This document shows positions 58,832 to 64,000 of a DNA stretch of 64,000 bases, one piece after another. The stretch lies in NCBI GenBank assembly GCA_051531975.1, contig JAOPTT010000005.1, forward strand, positions 32,001-96,000. Reading direction: 5' to 3'. Within the stretch, counting starts at the first letter, position 1. Every line of letters begins with the position of its first letter. Origin of the DNA: Spirochaetaceae bacterium (GTDB taxonomy: Bacteria; Spirochaetota; Spirochaetia; DSM-2461). A program made the translations under genes and the position numbers. The notes below the pieces were generated by a model that worked only from the letters and a program-made list of their open reading frames with translations, searched no databases and was not told where the DNA came from.

Positions 58832-60661
58832 ATGAAAATAAAATCTAAACTTTTAATTTTAATACTTAGTATGGTAACAGCAATCATCGTATCATTAGGT
58901 GTTAATGTTTTTTCTCAGAATTTTGTGAGAACAATGCAAGCTGAAAATAATGAATTAATTATTCTTAAAGACTTAATGACAGAGCAAAATATCCAACTTT
59001 CAAAACTATTAAATAATAAAACTCCATTTTTAGTTCAGTCTGAAGTTTTTAATGATCTTGTTGCACAGTCAACAGTACAGTTAGAAATAGTCCGAAACTT
59101 AAAAATTCTGCCTTCATTAAATAGTAAAACTTCAGATGCCTTTGATTCTATTGGGCGTTTAGATGCACTTCTTCATACAGCATATCAAAAGTTTGCTGAG
59201 GAATCCGATGAATACAAAGTCCTATTTGATAAGGGAGACGGCTCATTTTCAGTTAGTAATTTAGACGTTTATAAGAGACGAGAAAACTATACAAAGTTAT
59301 TATTATCTTCATTTAATGTTACAAAAGCTGGTTTTGGTGTAGAACTTGGGTTAGATGCTGCAAGAGATATTTTAGCATCCCAAGATGCTGTTGTAGACGC
59401 AGTAATTAAAAGTTATGAATTTTTAGCATTAATTATATCTATGGGTGTCGCAGCCATATTTATAATAATATCAGTCACATTTGCTCTTATTATTACAAAG
59501 CAGATTACTTCTTCTATTAACAATGTAGGAGACGGTCTTTCTATAATGTGTACAGGAGATTTTACTAGTAAGATCCTTGTTAACTCTAAAGATGAACTTG
59601 GAGTCCTAAGCAGCCAAATAAATGAATTCCAGAATGATATGAATAACGCTTTAAATAAAATTAAACAATCATCAACAGAGAATGAAGACGCTAATATTGG
59701 ATTAATAGAGACTACTTCAGACGCATCAACTGTTACTGTACAAATAGCAGCTAATATTGATTCTATTAACGATCAAATGGAAAAATTAGATGAAACAATA
59801 ACTGTTTCTAATAAAGAGACTCAGGATATATCAGATTTTACTCAGGAATTAAATAGCTATACATCGGATCAGATGGCAATGGTTGAGGAATCAACAGCTT
59901 CTATAACAGAAATGATTGCATCAATAGGTAACATTGCTAATTTAACTCATAGAAATGAAGATACTATTAAAATTTTAGAAGCTACTGCAAAAGAGGGTGA
60001 TAATAAACTTTCAATAACTACTGATTTAATAGAAGAGATTAACTCTAGTGTTAACGAGATAAATAGTATGACTGAAATTATACAAAGTATATCTGATCAG
60101 ACGAACTTATTAGCAATGAATGCAGCTATAGAAGCCGCTCATGCAGGGGATGCAGGTAAGGGCTTTGCTGTTGTTGCAGATGAGATTCGTAAGCTAGCAG
60201 AAGCTTCAGCTATGAATAGCCAAGATATAACTAAAAACTTAAAAGAGATCACAACAAAATTTGAATCTGCACAAAAATCTGGTGAGAGTACCAGAGATGC
60301 TTTTTCAGATATAAACGAGAAGATTATCAATGTATCTAGGGCTTTAATGGTTATCACTTCTAGTACTTCAGAGTTAAATATTGGAGGTTCCCAAATCCTT
60401 GAAGCGATGGAGAGTTTAAAGGATATTTCTATCCAAGTTCAAGACAAAGCTCAGGATATGACAACTAAAGCAAATAATGTTACATCGTTATCTGGTAATG
60501 TTTCAGATATATCAAGAAGTGTAACAGAAGCAATATCAGAAGCTAATGTAGGTTTTGCAGGGGTAACTAACTCTATGAGTGGTTTAAAGGATGTATCAGA
60601 TAAAGTTGGAGTTGTGAGTAATCAGATTAATGATGAAATAAATAAGTTTAATACTATTTAA
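58832..60661 (+). CDS. Methyl-accepting chemotaxis protein
   Basis: Two TMs, HAMP (SKDELG), [35 protein letters not shown]. Confidence 0.95.
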   Translation: MKIKSKLLILILSMVTAIIVSLGVNVFSQNFVRTMQAENNELIILKDLMTEQNIQLSKLLNNKTPFLVQSEVFNDLVAQSTVQLEIVRNLKILPSLNSKTSDAFDSIGRLDALLHTAYQKFAEESDEYKVLFDKGDGSFSVSNLDVYKRRENYTKLLLSSFNVTKAGFGVELGLDAARDILASQDAVVDAVIKSYEFLALIISMGVAAIFIIISVTFALIITKQITSSINNVGDGLSIMCTGDFTSKILVNSKDELGVLSSQINEFQNDMNNALNKIKQSSTENEDANIGLIETTSDASTVTVQIAANIDSINDQMEKLDETITVSNKETQDISDFTQELNSYTSDQMAMVEESTASITEMIASIGNIANLTHRNEDTIKILEATAKEGDNKLSITTDLIEEINSSVNEINSMTEIIQSISDQTNLLAMNAAIEAAHAGDAGKGFAVVADEIRKLAEASAMNSQDITKNLKEITTKFESAQKSGESTRDAFSDINEKIINVSRALMVITSSTSELNIGGSQILEAMESLKDISIQVQDKAQDMTTKANNVTSLSGNVSDISRSVTEAISEANVGFAGVTNSMSGLKDVSDKVGVVSNQINDEINKFNTI

Positions 60662-60676
60662 TTTTTTTAATATCTA

Positions 60677-60958
60677 TATAAAGAAAAACCCGAACTACAA
60701 GTTCGGTTTTTTTATGCTTAAGACTTAATGGATGTTATACATCCCTTAATCTATATTACACGGTTTCCCCTAATATCTTATAGAAGTCCCATCATCTTTT
60801 AACATATACTGATATACTTTAACAATTATAAAAAGAAAAACCCGAACTATAAATTCGGGTTTTTTTATGCTAAAGAATTAAAGGATGTTAAACATCCCTT
60901 AATCTATATTACATGATTTCTCCCATTTTCTTATAGAAGTCCCATCGTCTTTTAGCAT
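60677..60958. repeat. Diverged tandem duplication (~153-bp period) of PFOR 3' end plus terminator
   Basis: 60677-60805 aligns with 60827-60958; both carry the AAAAACCCGAA..TTCGG(G)TTTTT terminator and GGATGT..ACATCC hairpin. Confidence 0.9.
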
Positions 60959-63900
60959 TAACTTCTGCCTGAGCGAATAGCTCTTCAGCTTGATCCGGTG
61001 CAGTTTTCTCTAATGCAGTATAACGTCTTTCACTTCTAATAAAGTCCTGGTAAGACTCTTTAGGTTCTTTAGACTCCCAAATAAATCTTTCACCTTCTGC
61101 TAGTGCAGGGTTGTATCTAAATAGAGGCCAGTAACCTGAATCAACAGCACGCTTCATCTCAGTAGAAGATTTAGACATGTCTATACCGTGGGCAATACAT
61201 GGAGAGTATGCGAAGATGATTGATGGACCATCCCATGCTTCAGCTTCTTCAAATACTTTCTGAGTTTGAGCTCTGTTAGCACCCATAGATATGGAACCAA
61301 CATAAACGTGACCATAACTCATACACATAAGAGCCATGTTCTTTTTATCGTTTCTCATACCTGCGTTTGCAAACTTCGCAACAGCTCCAACTGGAGTAGC
61401 TTTAGAAGCCTGTCCACCAGTATTTGAGTAAACTTCAGTATCAACAACAAGAATATTAACATTCTTAGTGTTTGAAACTACATGGTCAACACCAGAATAT
61501 CCGATATCGTATGCCCAACCGTCTCCACCGATAATCCATACAGATTTATCAATAAAGTAGTCAACTGATTGTAAAATAATTTCAAGATCCTCTTTTACTT
61601 GACCTTTTGCAGCAGCAATTGCAGCAGGAAGTTGTTTTTCAACTTCTTGTTGGTTAAAGAATTGTGCATCTTCTTTAGATGTCCAGTTCTCCATTGCAGT
61701 ATTTAATGCAGCAGTTAATTCAGTAGTAGTTCCCGCTTTTAATACAGCTTCAGTCTTCTTTTTAAGTAAAGATCTGTTTGAATCAACAGCTAATCTCATA
61801 CCAAAACCATACTCTGCATTGTCTTCGAAAAGTGAGTTACCCCATGTTGGACCACGACCATTTTCATCTTTAGTATAAGGAATAGATGGGAATGTTCCAC
61901 CGTAGATAGAAGAACAACCTGTTGCATTTGCAGCAACAATTCTTTTACCAAACAGTTGAGTCATTAACTTAACATATGGTGTTTCACCACAACCTGAACA
62001 AGCTCCTGAGAACTCAAATAGAGGTTTAATAAACTGAGCACCTTTGAATGTTTTTAAGTTAACACCTTCAAAGTTTTCAGGTAGAGCATTGAAATAAGTA
62101 GTTCTTGCAACTTCACCAGTAGCATTAACTTCTGCAATTGGTTTTAATTCAAGAGCCTTAACTTTCTTTTTACCAGGACATACATCAACACAAACACCAC
62201 AACCTGTACAATCTTCAGTATAAACTTGGATTCTGTACTGTAAGTCATTTTCGTTTTTAGAAGTTGATTTAAGTGTTGTAAATCCCTCTGGTGCTTTAGC
62301 AACATCAGCTGGTGTAACTTGAGCAGCTCTAATTACTGAGTGAGGACAAGCCATAACACACTGGTTACATTGGATACAATTCTCGTGTAACCATGTTGGA
62401 ACAGCTGGAGCAACAGCACGTTTCTCATATTGAGCTGTACCTGTTGGAACTGTACCATCATAAGACATTTTAGATACCGGAATATCATCACCTTTCATCA
62501 AAGAAACAGGTTTTAAAATATCTCTGATAAAATCTGGAGTATCTGCTTTAATAGGAATAAACACAGGAGGAGTAAATGATTCAACAATAGATGTAGGAAC
62601 TTTTACTTCTTCTAAACCAGCAGATGCATCATCGATACATTTCCAGTTCATGTCTACAATGTCCTGTCCTTTTCTGATAAACGATTTTTTAACAGCATCT
62701 TTCATTAACTGAATAGCTTCCTGCTCAGGAATAAGTCCAGTCAATTTAAAGAATATTGCTTGCATAACCGTATTGATCTTGTTTCCAAGTCCTGCAGCTT
62801 CAGCAATTTTTAATGCATCGATATTGTAGAACTTAATTTCATTTTCGATAATAAATTCCTGCATCTCTTTAGTTAACATATTAAATGCTTTTTCTGCACC
62901 AAAATCAGAGTTTAATACAAATGTACCACCTTTTTTAAGAGGAGTTAACATATCGTATTTACCGATATATGATGGTTGGTTACAAGATACAAAGTCTGCA
63001 CTGTTAATTAACCAAGGCATGTTACATGAATCTTCACCAAATCTTAGGTGAGAACAAGTAACACCACCTGATTTTTTAGAGTCATATACAAAGTATGATT
63101 GTGCATTAAGACCAGCGTTGTGACCAATAATTTTTGTAGAGTTTTTAGTAGCACCAATAGTACCATCTGAACCAAGACCCCAGAACATACATGATCTGAT
63201 TTTCTCAGGAGATACATCGAAGTGCTCATTAACTGGAATAGATAAGTTTGTAACGTCATCGTTGATACCAACAGTGAAGTTATGTGTACATTTACCATCC
63301 ATGTGATCAAACACTGCTTTAACATCTGATGGAGTAAACTCTTTAGATGAAAGACCGTATCGTCCACCAATAATAATTGGCATTTTACCAGACTGAGCAT
63401 AAGCTGTAATAACATCTTGGTATAATGGCTCACCTAATGAACCACACTCTTTAGTTCTATCAAGACAAGCAATTTTAGTAACAGTTGATGGAATAGCATC
63501 AATAAATGCTTTAACACTGAAAGGTTTAAAAAGTCTTACTTTAAGAACTCCAACTTTTTCGCCTCTAGCCTGTAAAAATTGTACAGCAAGATCAGCAGTA
63601 TCACATGCAGAACCCATTAAGATAACAATTTTTTCAGCATCTGGAGCACCAACATAGTCAAAAAGATTGTACTTTCTACCAGTTAATTCTCCAACTTGAT
63701 CCATATATTTTTGAACAATTCCAGGAATTGCTTCGTAGTGTCTGTTTGTAGTCTCTCTACCTTGGAAATAAACATCCTGGTTTTGAGCTGCAACTTTAAC
63801 AATTGGGTGTTCAGGTCTCATCGCTCGTTTTTTGAAACGTTCAATGTGCTCTGGAACTATTAAAGATTTAATATCTTTGTAATCAATCTCTTCAACTGTT

Positions 63901-64000
63901 TGGAATTCGTGAGAAGTTCTAAACCCATCAAAGAAACTCATAAATGGAACATCTGATTCTAATGTTGCTAAGTGAGCAACTAAAGCCATATCCATAGTTT
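60909..64000 (-). CDS. nifJ: Pyruvate:ferredoxin (flavodoxin) oxidoreductase, 5' end outside window
   Basis: FDGFRTSHE, GLGSDGT, YDSKKSGG, CIQCNQC, CTGCGVC, GACSGCGETPY, GGDGWAYDIG. Confidence 0.96.
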   Translation of the reverse strand, partial: TMDMALVAHLATLESDVPFMSFFDGFRTSHEFQTVEEIDYKDIKSLIVPEHIERFKKRAMRPEHPIVKVAAQNQDVYFQGRETTNRHYEAIPGIVQKYMDQVGELTGRKYNLFDYVGAPDAEKIVILMGSACDTADLAVQFLQARGEKVGVLKVRLFKPFSVKAFIDAIPSTVTKIACLDRTKECGSLGEPLYQDVITAYAQSGKMPIIIGGRYGLSSKEFTPSDVKAVFDHMDGKCTHNFTVGINDDVTNLSIPVNEHFDVSPEKIRSCMFWGLGSDGTIGATKNSTKIIGHNAGLNAQSYFVYDSKKSGGVTCSHLRFGEDSCNMPWLINSADFVSCNQPSYIGKYDMLTPLKKGGTFVLNSDFGAEKAFNMLTKEMQEFIIENEIKFYNIDALKIAEAAGLGNKINTVMQAIFFKLTGLIPEQEAIQLMKDAVKKSFIRKGQDIVDMNWKCIDDASAGLEEVKVPTSIVESFTPPVFIPIKADTPDFIRDILKPVSLMKGDDIPVSKMSYDGTVPTGTAQYEKRAVAPAVPTWLHENCIQCNQCVMACPHSVIRAAQVTPADVAKAPEGFTTLKSTSKNENDLQYRIQVYTEDCTGCGVCVDVCPGKKKVKALELKPIAEVNATGEVARTTYFNALPENFEGVNLKTFKGAQFIKPLFEFSGACSGCGETPYVKLMTQLFGKRIVAANATGCSSIYGGTFPSIPYTKDENGRGPTWGNSLFEDNAEYGFGMRLAVDSNRSLLKKKTEAVLKAGTTTELTAALNTAMENWTSKEDAQFFNQQEVEKQLPAAIAAAKGQVKEDLEIILQSVDYFIDKSVWIIGGDGWAYDIGYSGVDHVVSNTKNVNILVVDTEVYSNTGGQASKATPVGAVAKFANAGMRNDKKNMALMCMSYGHVYVGSISMGANRAQTQKVFEEAEAWDGPSIIFAYSPCIAHGIDMSKSSTEMKRAVDSGYWPLFRYNPALAEGERFIWESKEPKESYQDFIRSERRYTALEKTAPDQAEELFAQAEVNAKRRWDFYKKMGEIM

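Noticed and set aside
2240..63433. Short antisense or overlapping ORFs in the track (e.g. 2240-2449, 9638-10054, 37477-37956, 46545-46955, 55460-55891, 63044-63433)
   Set aside because: They lie within well-supported genes and show no motifs; treated as shadow ORFs.

Overview
AT-rich bacterial chromosome segment, most likely from an anaerobic free-living spirochaete (inferred from the spirochaete-style 'FATGQKE' lipoprotein leader, PFOR and MCP). Five blocks. (1) 1-17070: a visibly more GC-rich carbohydrate-utilisation locus (ABC transporter, GH105, DUF1961, sulfatase, esterases, URO-D-fold protein, two paralogues of an unknown ~680-aa family, rhaM) that is decaying, with at least nine lesions: nonsense, frameshifts, lost start codon, microhomology-type deletions. 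(2) 17151-24018: mixed accessory genes. (3) 24050-34976: four cargo modules (MNT-HEPN TA; apgM-thrC; cyclase-STAND-TPR; AraC-sulfatase), each bounded by a diverged copy of the 3' end of the mmcQ/yjbR gene at 34614-34976. Four of the six copies, including the gene's own end, carry a dif-like 11-6-11 site overlapping the stop codon; no integrase is in the window. (4) 35150-42700: two-component signalling cluster. (5) 42703-58563: corrinoid methyl-transfer module (AqpS-like channel, CobW GTPase, URO-D/MtaA-thioredoxin fusion, PocR-AraC regulator, B12 riboswitch plus corrinoid protein, two reactivation proteins) next to late cobamide biosynthesis genes. An MCP and a partial PFOR gene with a duplicated 3' end follow. 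No tRNA, rRNA, CRISPR array or transposase was recognised. All calls come from reading motifs by eye, not from database searches.
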